A DNA stretch of 64,000 nucleotides. Source: an uncultured Gammaproteobacteria bacterium (GTDB lineage: Bacteria; Patescibacteriota; Microgenomatia; JALYQM01). The stretch covers positions 712,630 to 776,629 of the forward strand of contig CAYOFQ010000001.1 of NCBI GenBank assembly GCA_964403585.1, in the 5' to 3' direction. Below the pieces are notes generated by a model. It was not told the DNA's origin. It made no database searches and worked only from the letters and a program-made list of their open reading frames with translations. Of the stretch, positions 46,507 to 56,298 are shown one piece after another (position 1 is the stretch's first letter; the number at the start of each line of letters is the position of its first letter). The translations under genes were made by a program, and so were the position numbers.

Positions 46507-48531
46507 TCAACGCTGAGTACTTTCTAATGTAAACGGAATCGAAGAAATAGATTGCACCCCCGGTTGTTCAAGCCGAATTTCATCCCGGGCGATTACATAC
46601 GGCCGAAGAGGTGGAAATATTCCGAGAAGCCGGGAGGCCTGGTTAACTGAGCGAACCAGCCGGTGTGTTTCGCGCCAGAGCGCATGATTGCGCTTGGAAT
46701 AATCCGGCTCCAGCCACTCATCCGCTACAAAGTTCCCCTGATCATGCAATTGAACGGCCGAATCGTCATTTACGATAATATTCTCAAAGAAGAAGTTGAA
46801 CACTTCCGGAGAAAGCGACTCACGTGTTGTAGCGAGGGCAAGTAGCCCGGCATAGACATCGGCATAGTCTGCCGGACGGTACAAGTTACGGGTATACATA
46901 TGAATAGCATTTTGTACAGCAGCCGGCATTTCCAGCGGATCCGCGTGCAGGCGTGCAACACGCAGTGCCTGTGGATGACTTACACCGACATAGTGTAAAT
47001 CAACAACCTTACCGGTAATGTCTTTGATATCAAGTTTATACACATACGGCAGTCTGACTACCGGGCTGCGTGTGGTTTGTCCGTCCAGTAGAAAATAAAT
47101 ATAACGATCGGTTTTTAACGGCTGATTAATATTATCTACCGCACGAAGTCCCTCCTGTCCAAGTAACCGTAACTGCAATGAATGCGCCTCACGCTGCAGC
47201 TCTTCAAGTTCTGCTGCAGTATACGCGCCCGTGTCCAATTGAGCTCTCCGCATGAGTGTGCCGAGCGAAGTCTCGGAAAGCGATGCAAAAACCTGAGCAG
47301 CAGCTGTTTGTTCCAGCGCATGCGCTTCCTGATTAAGTACCCAAAAACCCGGCACTAGGCGATCGAGATCGTTATGTGGACTGTAATGCGCTACCGAATG
47401 GATTCGGGGCAAAATAAGTTCACGAATATAGTCCTGATCGGCAATAAATTCAGCAGGTGCCTTTCCGTACTCACTTAAAACAGCTGGCAGCCTTCGCTCC
47501 AATTGATGATACTGCGCTTCCATATCCCGTGGTCTGCGCCAGTAAAGAACATCTAGATCGCGAATCCACTCGCGGGGATATGTTCGTACTGCAGTCTGAA
47601 ATACGTTATGATTAAATATTCTCTCACGCAACCGGCGCTTCAAAACAGCCTTGCGCTCTCGATAGTCTTCGAACTGCTCGGCCAGATAGTCGAGATCGAT
47701 TAGGCCATCTTTTAACGTATCACTGTTGATACTTGATGCATCGATCAGCATCTGCTGGGCTTCAGTTAATTCTACTGACGACCGTCCCATACGGTGATAG
47801 GATTCAACTGCCCGTTGGAGGGATACATTTGCAAACGTTTGTAAAAATAGGTTGCCAATAGTTCGGCGGGCCGGTCTGGTTGACTCTCTCCAGGCTAACT
47901 GCAAACTCCGCAGATACCGTACGATAGCCGCAGCTGGCAAAGACGTATCTTGAGAATTGATTTGCAACTCGGGTGAGAGCTGCCTGGTCAGTGTCCGGTA
48001 GGCAAGGTCATGAGTAACCGAAGCACGTACCATCAGCACATAGCCGTTAAAATCATTCTGGTTAAATTCGGACGGACCACCATTTGGTCCGGTATCCTGT
48101 TTGTATCGCTCGGGACGAGTATCCATTTTATCAGCGTCGTACAGGAGTGACGTGGTGAGATGTCGGGGGTCTTTCCACTGCTCTTTTGCTTTACTGTGAT
48201 CCTGAATTGCTTGAACAATGTCGGCGATGTCGTCAGGTGATAACGGTAAGTTAACTGCTTCTCGTTCCAGAATTGCAGTCGTACTTTCAGAGTTACCCAC
48301 TAAACGGTGAAAATCATGCAAGAGCACTGCCACCCTGGCCTTAAACAAATCATGCCGCCGTATTGAGCCCGGTTGTACCTGCTCAAGTGCATCAAGATTA
48401 CCTATAACGGCATCAACGTGCACACGCCCGTGTACACGGTCTGTTTCGGGATAGCGGTCAATAAAGCGCAGGTAAAGGGCCTGAAAAGCCGTTTCATACT
48501 GATGTTCAGAATGTACCGATTCCATAAGCAA
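46507..48531 (-). CDS. large hypothetical protein (674 aa)
   Basis: ORF only. Confidence 0.5.
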   Translation of the reverse strand: MLMESVHSEHQYETAFQALYLRFIDRYPETDRVHGRVHVDAVIGNLDALEQVQPGSIRRHDLFKARVAVLLHDFHRLVGNSESTTAILEREAVNLPLSPDDIADIVQAIQDHSKAKEQWKDPRHLTTSLLYDADKMDTRPERYKQDTGPNGGPSEFNQNDFNGYVLMVRASVTHDLAYRTLTRQLSPELQINSQDTSLPAAAIVRYLRSLQLAWRESTRPARRTIGNLFLQTFANVSLQRAVESYHRMGRSSVELTEAQQMLIDASSINSDTLKDGLIDLDYLAEQFEDYRERKAVLKRRLRERIFNHNVFQTAVRTYPREWIRDLDVLYWRRPRDMEAQYHQLERRLPAVLSEYGKAPAEFIADQDYIRELILPRIHSVAHYSPHNDLDRLVPGFWVLNQEAHALEQTAAAQVFASLSETSLGTLMRRAQLDTGAYTAAELEELQREAHSLQLRLLGQEGLRAVDNINQPLKTDRYIYFLLDGQTTRSPVVRLPYVYKLDIKDITGKVVDLHYVGVSHPQALRVARLHADPLEMPAAVQNAIHMYTRNLYRPADYADVYAGLLALATTRESLSPEVFNFFFENIIVNDDSAVQLHDQGNFVADEWLEPDYSKRNHALWRETHRLVRSVNQASRLLGIFPPLRPYVIARDEIRLEQPGVQSISSIPFTLESTQR

Positions 48532-48634
48532 AAGACTATTATATCAAATAGTCTTTTTGCTTATGAGAATGACACAACCTAATCCAGTTCAAAGGTAAAG
48601 TCGTCAACGTACACTTTAGTAGCTACCCATAGGG

Positions 48635-48709
48635 TGGAGCGGAGGAAGAGATTCGAACTCTCGACGTTCACCTTGGAAGGGTGACATTCTACCACTGAAT
48701 TACCTCCGC
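48635..48709 (-). tRNA. tRNA-Gly (anticodon TCC), CCA encoded
   Basis: gcggagg acceptor. D-stem attc/gaat. Anticodon stem tcacc/ggtga with loop cTTCCaa. T-loop TTCGAAT. Discriminator U followed by CCA. Confidence 0.85.
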
Positions 48710-48749
48710 ACGAGATCAAGAAGTATCATACCAAATTCCCCATTCTATA

Positions 48750-49016
48750 TCAATGAGACTGCTCCAGACGCCTAAGTACCGACGCCGAGGGGCGATTAAG
48801 CTGATACGCGACGCGGAGGGCCTCCCGAAAATGATCAGCCGCCCGGCCGATCGCCTCAGGAACGCCAATATTTTCGTGGGCATTTTTCAACCCCACTTCA
48901 GCTAAGTGCAATTCGTAGTCTGCGCCTCTTTCCCGACGGGAAATCCAACGTTCCATACCAGAATATTCTAGCACTGCCCGAGTAATCCGCAACTTTACAT
49001 GAGTGCTATAATACAT
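48750..49016 (-). CDS. small GC-rich hypothetical ORF (88 aa) next to tRNA-Gly
   Basis: ORF only. Confidence 0.3.
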   Translation of the reverse strand: MYYSTHVKLRITRAVLEYSGMERWISRRERGADYELHLAEVGLKNAHENIGVPEAIGRAADHFREALRVAYQLNRPSASVLRRLEQSH

Positions 49017-49024
49017 ACAAAATT

Positions 49025-50251
49025 TTACTTAAGAGTTATATCCTGGGCACTCAATTTATCCTGTTTGACGACTTCTCCGGGAGAAGTGTACGAATGATAG
49101 GCGAGTTTCCGCCCCGGATAGATACTCGTATGGACGCCGGTGCGGACATGATCTCCAACAATCGCACCCAAATGATACAAGCCTGTATCGATTAAATTTT
49201 CTTTAACGTTGACTTTTATTTCACCGCGATCATGTCGTCGATCTGCAGTAACTGTGCCGCCACCGAAAATAATATTATTTCCCAGCACGCTGAATCCGAC
49301 AAAGGATAGGTGTTCGATATTGACCTTATTGCCAATCGAAGAATGCTCAATTTCCACCGAACTGCCGATTTTGCAGTAGTCGCCAATATCAACATTGCCG
49401 CGCAAATAGGTATGCGGACCAATAACACAGTTCTCACCAATAATGACATTACCGTCAATATATGTCCCGGACTTTACGACAGTACCTTTGCCGATAATGA
49501 CATTGCCTTTAATGACAACGTTGTCCTCAATCTCACCCTGAATATCCCGTTTGATTTCCGGCATCAGCCGTTCATTGGCTGTTAATATAGACCAGGGATA
49601 ACCGATAGTTAGCCAGTAGCCATTAACAGTCACGATCTCCATCGGATATTCCTGACAATAAGCAGTTAATACATCCGTCAATTCATATTCACCGCGTTTG
49701 GAAAGGGGAATAGTTTTAGTGAACTTGAAAACATTTTTATCGAGATTAAACACACCGATGTTCGCACTGTTGCCTACATATTCATTCGGCTTTTCCACAA
49801 TGTTGTCCAGGGTTCCGTCAGCTTTCGTACGTAAAATACCGAAAATTTGCCAGTTGTCCACGGGTTTGCCGGCTATACTGCGATCATACTTCACCGATTC
49901 CTCATAAAAAACCGGATCGTAGATATCATCACCGTAAATCATCAGGAATTTATCATTGTGAATCGCATCCTCAGTTACTTTAAGCGCGTGCCCGGTACCG
50001 AGCGGTTCATGCTGGCGCACATAGTAGACCGGCTTGCCTTCAAAAGAATCTCCAATAGCCGATTCTATCTGCTCGTGCATATACTCGACCACCAGAATAT
50101 ATTCATTAACAAACGGTGCCAGATTGCGCATGTTATGGTATAAAACACTCTTCCCGGCAACTTTTAGTAATTGTTTTGGAACGGTTTTGGTAAGCGGCTC
50201 AAGACGGGTACCTTTTCCCGCGGCGAGGATAATGGCTGATCGGTCTGACAT
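49025..50251 (-). CDS. bifunctional-type sugar-1-phosphate nucleotidyltransferase with left-handed beta-helix acyltransferase domain (GlmU-like)
   Basis: N-terminus AIILAAGKGTRLEPLT. C-terminal hexapeptide repeats (VIIGKGTVV..., NVIIGENCVIG...). Confidence 0.7.
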   Translation of the reverse strand: MSDRSAIILAAGKGTRLEPLTKTVPKQLLKVAGKSVLYHNMRNLAPFVNEYILVVEYMHEQIESAIGDSFEGKPVYYVRQHEPLGTGHALKVTEDAIHNDKFLMIYGDDIYDPVFYEESVKYDRSIAGKPVDNWQIFGILRTKADGTLDNIVEKPNEYVGNSANIGVFNLDKNVFKFTKTIPLSKRGEYELTDVLTAYCQEYPMEIVTVNGYWLTIGYPWSILTANERLMPEIKRDIQGEIEDNVVIKGNVIIGKGTVVKSGTYIDGNVIIGENCVIGPHTYLRGNVDIGDYCKIGSSVEIEHSSIGNKVNIEHLSFVGFSVLGNNIIFGGGTVTADRRHDRGEIKVNVKENLIDTGLYHLGAIVGDHVRTGVHTSIYPGRKLAYHSYTSPGEVVKQDKLSAQDITLK

Positions 50252-50356
50252 ACGATTTCTCCTTAATGGGAAAACTCCCTATAGAAGTAAATCATACACC
50301 AAAAGCGCCCATCTGAAAAAGATGAGCGCTTAAGAAGGTATATTTACTACCTATAA

Positions 50357-52321
50357 TTATCTAACGTAAAAACTGACCCGATCAACATTTACTTCAAACG
50401 TTGAGCCGGCGGTTTTGTAGTATTGAATTCCGGTATACTTTACTGCGCTTGAAGAAGGTGTATAGACAAACCAGTCGATGTGCGTACCGGCGGCAGCTGC
50501 ACCTAACCATTGACCTGAAATCCAGTTACCGTTGGCATCATATTCGTCCAGGTAATACCCGAACTCTCCGGTACCGGTACCAACTATGACACAGGTTCCG
50601 AAATCATAGGTCTTAGTACTGTCAACCGCGATCAACTTTGTATTTACAAGATGCACGTTGACTGTGTTATTTGCCTTCATAATAATACTTTCCGCTCCGG
50701 AGCAACCTTTCGAATTCGTGTCATAGATTACTGAAGCATCATCGGCTTTCCAGTACAGTGCAAATCCGTTTTCCGCTGCACCCATATTAGAGTTGCGTAC
50801 TAAATTCGTACCAACAGGGCTTGGTGTCGGCACTACGGTCGCTGTGGCGGTAGGAGAAGGAGAAACAGTCACTGTTGGGCTCGGTGAAACGCTCGGTCTC
50901 GGAGTCGCACTGGCACTCGCTGTCGGTGTTACCGATGGCTTTGGTGTGGCACTGGCCGAAGCGGTTGGAGTTGCCGAGGCTGTAGCAGTCGGTGACGCGG
51001 ATTCTGTCGGACTTGGGCTCACTGAAGGAGCCGGTGTTGCACTTGGCGGAGGGGTAACCGTACTGTCAGTGAATACTTTGTACATCTCGACATTATCAAC
51101 ATAGATACGTCCGGATGATCCGGCGGTCATATAAACTTCCAGCATCATGGTTGAAACATTCCATGAGGTCGGCTGGTAGACAAAACCGAATTCATTCACG
51201 TCGTTGCTCTTATTGGTATCGTTATTAAACATACCACGCAACCATTTACCTGAAATCCAGTTACCCTGAGCATCATACTCATCAACATAGAAACCGTATT
51301 CTCCGGTCTTCCATCCCACCTGGTTAACAAAGGCTTTAAATGCGTACGTATCGTTGGCCGACACAGCAATCTTCTTACTGAACAGGTGTACGGCGGTGGA
51401 AGTACCGTTTAAGGCAACCGAACTTTTTGAATTAGGCATAGCACCGTTGGTATTGGTATCGATTTTTACCTGGGTACTATTTTCAGTAGTCCAGCCGGCG
51501 GTCATTCCACTTTCAAAAGAAGAATTATCAAATATATTAGTCTGGTTAACTTTAATCATGTCTTTAACCTGAGACACTTTGATCCCGCTTGATTTAACGT
51601 AATCGGCGATAGACTTAAGGGTACTTTCAGTGACGTCGTATTGATCTGACGCTTTACTTGAAACTACTTCATGGAAAACCAGCACCAGCCAGGTATTAGT
51701 TGCTTTGGCGTGATCAACCCAACCCTTAACTTGAGTTACCGTAGTGGATTTCTCAACAGATTGAACATTGATCATATATCTGTTGTACGGGAAGATATTA
51801 TCGCTTTCACGGTCATGGAAAGGACGATGTGCCTCGAACTGCTTGGCAATTGCCGAAACAACCCGATTATCATAGTCTCCATACGGTGTAGCAAACGAAA
51901 CAGGATTGATACCATGAGAAACTAAATCCTTTTTCGATTGTTCCACTTCATATTTAATTTGAGAGTCTGAGAGCGTACTCATCAACGGATGCGTAACGGA
52001 ATGGCTTCCGATCTCCCAACCGTATTTATTTTGCAAATCCTGAGTTTGAGTCCAGGACATGTAGCCGGATTTACCCATATACCCGGTATTGGCATACATA
52101 ACGCCTTTGATACCGCGGTCTTTAAGTATCGGCATGGCTCTGGTATAGGTGCTGGATAAAGCATCATCAAATGTAAATGATACTGCAGCCTGCGGAGCAT
52201 AAACCTGCGCGGAATACACTTCACTGGCCATAATGCCGGCAAACTGAGCTAAAGCCATCGCAGTACCAACGGCAACTGCGGCGATACGTTTAACTGATTC
52301 TTTGGTAAATGTATTTTTCAT
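50357..52321 (-). CDS. polysaccharide deacetylase (CE4/NodB) with C-terminal carbohydrate-binding-module-like domains and Pro/Thr linker
   Basis: Signal peptide. NodB motifs TFDDALSS and GSHSVTHP. PT-rich linker. Two beta-rich repeats that share a YVDEYDAQGNWISG / YLDEYDANGNWISG block. Confidence 0.75.
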   Translation of the reverse strand: MKNTFTKESVKRIAAVAVGTAMALAQFAGIMASEVYSAQVYAPQAAVSFTFDDALSSTYTRAMPILKDRGIKGVMYANTGYMGKSGYMSWTQTQDLQNKYGWEIGSHSVTHPLMSTLSDSQIKYEVEQSKKDLVSHGINPVSFATPYGDYDNRVVSAIAKQFEAHRPFHDRESDNIFPYNRYMINVQSVEKSTTVTQVKGWVDHAKATNTWLVLVFHEVVSSKASDQYDVTESTLKSIADYVKSSGIKVSQVKDMIKVNQTNIFDNSSFESGMTAGWTTENSTQVKIDTNTNGAMPNSKSSVALNGTSTAVHLFSKKIAVSANDTYAFKAFVNQVGWKTGEYGFYVDEYDAQGNWISGKWLRGMFNNDTNKSNDVNEFGFVYQPTSWNVSTMMLEVYMTAGSSGRIYVDNVEMYKVFTDSTVTPPPSATPAPSVSPSPTESASPTATASATPTASASATPKPSVTPTASASATPRPSVSPSPTVTVSPSPTATATVVPTPSPVGTNLVRNSNMGAAENGFALYWKADDASVIYDTNSKGCSGAESIIMKANNTVNVHLVNTKLIAVDSTKTYDFGTCVIVGTGTGEFGYYLDEYDANGNWISGQWLGAAAAGTHIDWFVYTPSSSAVKYTGIQYYKTAGSTFEVNVDRVSFYVR

Positions 52322-52331
52322 ATGATTTTAT

Positions 52332-52964
52332 TTACGCCTTAGCATTCAGCTGCGTAATCTCCTTAAGCGTAGCTTTAATAATCAGGCGTTTTTCATCAAA
52401 GAAACCATTACAGGTAATAAGCGTTAACTCACGACCTTCGCCTGGCTTCATAACCTCTACATTTTTCGGGTTAGTGGTACTAATTTCACTTACTTCATAG
52501 GTAAACTGGTAGGTTGAGGTTTGTACATATACCAGATCTCCCTTTTTAAGCTGAGACATTGGCCGGAAAGCATCCGGCTTATTATGACCAAAAAGTACAC
52601 TGTTTCCGACATCACCATTAAACGGAGATGTTTCTTCAGCAAAGTTTGCAACACCTTCATCAACCGCCCAGGTACCGTTCTGCATCGGTTGTGACACAAT
52701 CGGTAATCCAAGCGTTAGGGAAGGAATAACTAACCGCTTCGGTTTGCCCGGCTCATCAATCTTTTGAAACGGGACGGATTTAATCGTCTCATTCGACTGT
52801 TTCTCCACAACAACATCTACAGTTTTTGGCTGAGACGCCTGCATGAACGGAGCCGCAAATGACCGTACCTGCCAAAAAACAAGTACCGTTGCGAAAACCG
52901 TAACGAGTATGGCCGGTTTCGAGGCCTTAACAAAAGATAATGAGCGGGCAATAGTGTTTTTCAT
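52332..52964 (-). CDS. sortase family transpeptidase
   Basis: N-terminal TM anchor. LFGHN and TLITC catalytic Cys motif. Confidence 0.8.
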   Translation of the reverse strand: MKNTIARSLSFVKASKPAILVTVFATVLVFWQVRSFAAPFMQASQPKTVDVVVEKQSNETIKSVPFQKIDEPGKPKRLVIPSLTLGLPIVSQPMQNGTWAVDEGVANFAEETSPFNGDVGNSVLFGHNKPDAFRPMSQLKKGDLVYVQTSTYQFTYEVSEISTTNPKNVEVMKPGEGRELTLITCNGFFDEKRLIIKATLKEITQLNAKA

Positions 52965-52989
52965 ATAACCTTTTTATATTTAAACCGAT

Positions 52990-53075
52990 GCTGCGATGCT
53001 TTTCTGTGCGACTAAGCCAGGTAATCCTGGCGCAGAGCGAAGCGGGGAGCTAAAGAAAAGATCGCAAATAGGTTT
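52990..53075. repeat. Conserved ~90-nt structured element, copy B (see 4103..4197)
   Basis: Same core as copy A. The variable hairpin is ccagg-taat-cctgg instead of gagcat-gaa-atgctc. Confidence 0.5.
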
Positions 53076-53086
53076 AAATTCATATA

Positions 53087-53278
53087 TTAGTTATTTTTCT
53101 TTGCATTTTTGTAATAACGAACAACTACACTTACTGAGTACATAAGACTCAATACTGATACGGCTGCAAAAGCCATAGCAAGATTGTAGTTAACGTTTCT
53201 TGACCAAAGGTACATAGCACCTGAAGTCATAGGTAACGCTGTCGCTGCAGCAAGTGTGACACCACCTGTGTATGACAT
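53087..53278 (-). CDS. small two-TM membrane protein (IcaD/PgaD-like position)
   Basis: The start is set at the M with RBS aaaaggag. It lies immediately downstream of the GT2 gene. Confidence 0.4.
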   Translation of the reverse strand: MSYTGGVTLAAATALPMTSGAMYLWSRNVNYNLAMAFAAVSVLSLMYSVSVVVRYYKNAKKNN

Positions 53279-53289
53279 AAAAACTCCTT

Positions 53290-54588
53290 TTACCTGGTTC
53301 CCCATCCCATGGAGTAACCAGCCTTTAAAAATAATGAACTTATCTGTTTATCGATTTTTTCGGCCCAGGCGCCAGTCGTGAGAAGCTTGCGCACGAGCTT
53401 GGTATAAACAATAAACAAATACGAACCCAAGAGACCAACAGTTAAAATGTTGGCATAGATAAATTCAGGAATAATCGTAATTCTCAAAATCCAATCCCAG
53501 ATATCCGCATCCTCGTAACTCTTTAGAGTTAAAACGCTAAATGAAAATCCAACAATAAATTGTGTAATCGCAGTCATTGCAATCACCCAGGTAATGATCG
53601 GGTAACTATTCTGCGCCGGAATCATGAACGCCAGAATAACGCTGACAAACGTCGCAATAAACATAAAGTGTCCAATAACATCCTGGAATATTGCGGGTAA
53701 GTACCGTTCTTTAGCTAAAATTTCTAACCCGCCCACTGACCAGCGGATACGTTGCTTCCAGAGTGCGGTGAAATTTTCCGGAACATCGGTCCAGGCTGCT
53801 GCATGAGTCGCAAATTTAACATCGTATCCGGCTTTTTTAATCCGGGCGGTCATGTCATAGTCTTCGATTAAGTGTCCGGTAGCAAAGGATCCGACCTTCA
53901 TAATAGCTTCATAGCGGAAGGCGGAAAGCATACCGTGCATAACCAGCGGACCATTAACAAAACCTGATTCGGCCTTTCGAATGACGTTGTATCCATGATA
54001 TTCCAATCCCTGGAGTCGGGTTAATAAGTTCTTATTCTTATTCCAGGCTCGGGCCTGAGAACAAACAGCCCCAAGGCGTTCATCACGCATCATTTCCGAA
54101 GCCATGTGACCGATAGTATATTCATTAATTTGAACATCATCATCCAATGTAAAAATAACGTCAGCAACCATGTTGTTCTCTTTAATGTGTGTCAACGCCA
54201 AGTTGATCGCACCGGCTTTAAGATAGTTAGTCGGTGTTTTAAGGACGGTTACCCGGTCAGAGATTCCTTTTATTGAATCAAAAACGGCATCGTATTCTGC
54301 TGGAGACGAATCGTTAACCACTATTACTTGTGCTTTATGGTTATAGGTAACGATGTCTGAAACAAGTTGGGTAAGGGCTTTACCACCTTTATATGAAGGG
54401 ATAATCGCGATCGAACTGACATTCGGTACAATATAAAACTCCTCGTACGTTTTAGGGGCTACGAAGTAGGAAAGGTTTTTGGCAACTTTCTTAGTTGAGC
54501 TCAAAGCACCTTTTTCTTCAGGTACCGCGCTGTAGCTTTGGACCTGAACTTTGATTGCATTTGACGGTTTTTGATAGAAATTTTTCAT
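53290..54588 (-). CDS. family 2 processive glycosyltransferase (IcaA/PgaC/cellulose-synthase-like)
   Basis: DxD motifs plus the QRIRW signature of processive GT2 synthases. C-terminal TM helices. Confidence 0.8.
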   Translation of the reverse strand: MKNFYQKPSNAIKVQVQSYSAVPEEKGALSSTKKVAKNLSYFVAPKTYEEFYIVPNVSSIAIIPSYKGGKALTQLVSDIVTYNHKAQVIVVNDSSPAEYDAVFDSIKGISDRVTVLKTPTNYLKAGAINLALTHIKENNMVADVIFTLDDDVQINEYTIGHMASEMMRDERLGAVCSQARAWNKNKNLLTRLQGLEYHGYNVIRKAESGFVNGPLVMHGMLSAFRYEAIMKVGSFATGHLIEDYDMTARIKKAGYDVKFATHAAAWTDVPENFTALWKQRIRWSVGGLEILAKERYLPAIFQDVIGHFMFIATFVSVILAFMIPAQNSYPIITWVIAMTAITQFIVGFSFSVLTLKSYEDADIWDWILRITIIPEFIYANILTVGLLGSYLFIVYTKLVRKLLTTGAWAEKIDKQISSLFLKAGYSMGWGTR

Positions 54589-54791
54589 AAATACCTATAC
54601 TGAACCTAACTAGACTATAGTAAAATGAGCTAGAATAAGCTCAAACTAACTATAATAGGCTGGATTATAGCAGAAAATAGGCTAAAAGTCAAATGCTATA
54701 GGATAGAACACCTCAAACTACAATGACCTATATCACATAAATAAATGCTCAGAGCATTACCTTGTGCTATTAACCGTGATAGAATAAAAGG

Positions 54792-56018
54792 ATGAACAAG
54801 TTATCTTTGTTAGTGTTGGTGACTATTATTCCGATTTCACTGAGCTCCTGTGCCGGAAAACCCGCTGCAAGTAGACCGACCGCAATTCCGACCATAGCCC
54901 CAACAGCCCCTCCAACGAACGATTCGACCGCCTCGATAAGTGCGCAACCTTCCACGCCCGGAGTAAACAATACCGGCCTCCCGCTAACCGTTCCTGCCGG
55001 TTTCACGCTCAGTACCTATACCAAAAACTTGGGGAATCCGCGCGTAATTATAGTCGATTCGGCTAATACAGCTCTGGTCAGTATTCCTGCCCAGGGAAAA
55101 GTTGTGGCAATCAAAGACGGGGGAGAACAGCAAAAAGTGCTGATTGATAAACTCAATGCACCCCACGGCCTGGCGCTTTACTGCGAAGATCTTTGTCAGC
55201 TATATGTTGCCGAAACCAACGGTGTGACCCAATTCCAGTACAACCCTGAAACGGTCAGCGTATCCAATAAAACTAAAATTCTGGATCTGCCAACCGGAGG
55301 CCGGCATACCACCCGCAGCCTGCTCATTAAAAAGACTGAAACCGGACGAAAACTGCTCATTTCCATTGGCTCTGCGTGTGATGTCTGCGTAGAAAAAGAT
55401 ACTCGTCGCGGCACGGTTATGGTGGCCGACCTGGACGGTAAAAATGCCCGAGCATATGCCACCGGTTTACGCAACTCGGTCTTTATGATTGAGCAGCCGG
55501 GAAGCAACAAAGTCTGGGCGACCGAAATGGGTCGTGACTTTCTCGGTGACGATCTGCCACCTGATGAAATAAACATCCTCGAAGACGGTAAAAATTACGG
55601 GTGGCCACTCTGTTATGGTAAAAACGTCCATGATACCGACTTCGATAAAAAAATAGATGTGAACAATCCGTGTAAGGAGCCTGCGTATACGCCTGCGCAT
55701 ATCGATCTGCAGGCACATTCAGCTCCACTTGGCTTAGCCTTCACCCCAGACCAGTGGCCTCAGCAGTTCAAAGATAATGTGCTGGTATCCTACCACGGCT
55801 CGTGGAACCGGAGCCAGGCAACAGGATATAAGGTAGTGAGATTTAGCCTTGATCAACAAGGAAATTATCAAAGTAGAGAAGATTTTATCACCGGTTGGCT
55901 GGATAAAGAGGGAAAATCGATCGGCCGCCCGGTAGACTTACGCACTGACAATAAAGGTAATGTATTAATCAGCGACGATAAGTTAGGGAATATCTACAAA
56001 CTGTCTGTGACTCAGTAA
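54792..56018 (+). CDS. lipoprotein, PQQ-dependent sugar (glucose/sorbosone) dehydrogenase-like beta-propeller
   Basis: Lipobox LSSC. The NYGWP motif is typical of soluble GSDH family proteins. Confidence 0.65.
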   Translation: MNKLSLLVLVTIIPISLSSCAGKPAASRPTAIPTIAPTAPPTNDSTASISAQPSTPGVNNTGLPLTVPAGFTLSTYTKNLGNPRVIIVDSANTALVSIPAQGKVVAIKDGGEQQKVLIDKLNAPHGLALYCEDLCQLYVAETNGVTQFQYNPETVSVSNKTKILDLPTGGRHTTRSLLIKKTETGRKLLISIGSACDVCVEKDTRRGTVMVADLDGKNARAYATGLRNSVFMIEQPGSNKVWATEMGRDFLGDDLPPDEINILEDGKNYGWPLCYGKNVHDTDFDKKIDVNNPCKEPAYTPAHIDLQAHSAPLGLAFTPDQWPQQFKDNVLVSYHGSWNRSQATGYKVVRFSLDQQGNYQSREDFITGWLDKEGKSIGRPVDLRTDNKGNVLISDDKLGNIYKLSVTQ

Positions 56019-56019
56019 G

Positions 56020-56286
56020 CTATTTAGTCTTCTTGTCACCCCAGCGCCATTCCGGTTTTTCTCCGGTAGCGAAACATACCACAAGCAATACGACCGTAAA
56101 AATGAAGACCGATGTCAAGAAGTTTATAATAATGCTCGGCACCGAGTGTGTGAAGATATTGAAGCTGAAAAACTCAAAAAGAATTGCAATAACATAGACA
56201 GCAATGACCGCCCAACCCTGCCAGGTAACCGGAGTCCACCCCCAACCATACTTTTTTGCCTTAAACCACACCTTTTGGTCATTCAT
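56020..56286 (-). CDS. small membrane protein (88 aa)
   Basis: Two TM helices. Confidence 0.35.
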   Translation of the reverse strand: MNDQKVWFKAKKYGWGWTPVTWQGWAVIAVYVIAILFEFFSFNIFTHSVPSIIINFLTSVFIFTVVLLVVCFATGEKPEWRWGDKKTK

Positions 56287-56298
56287 AAAAATAGTATA

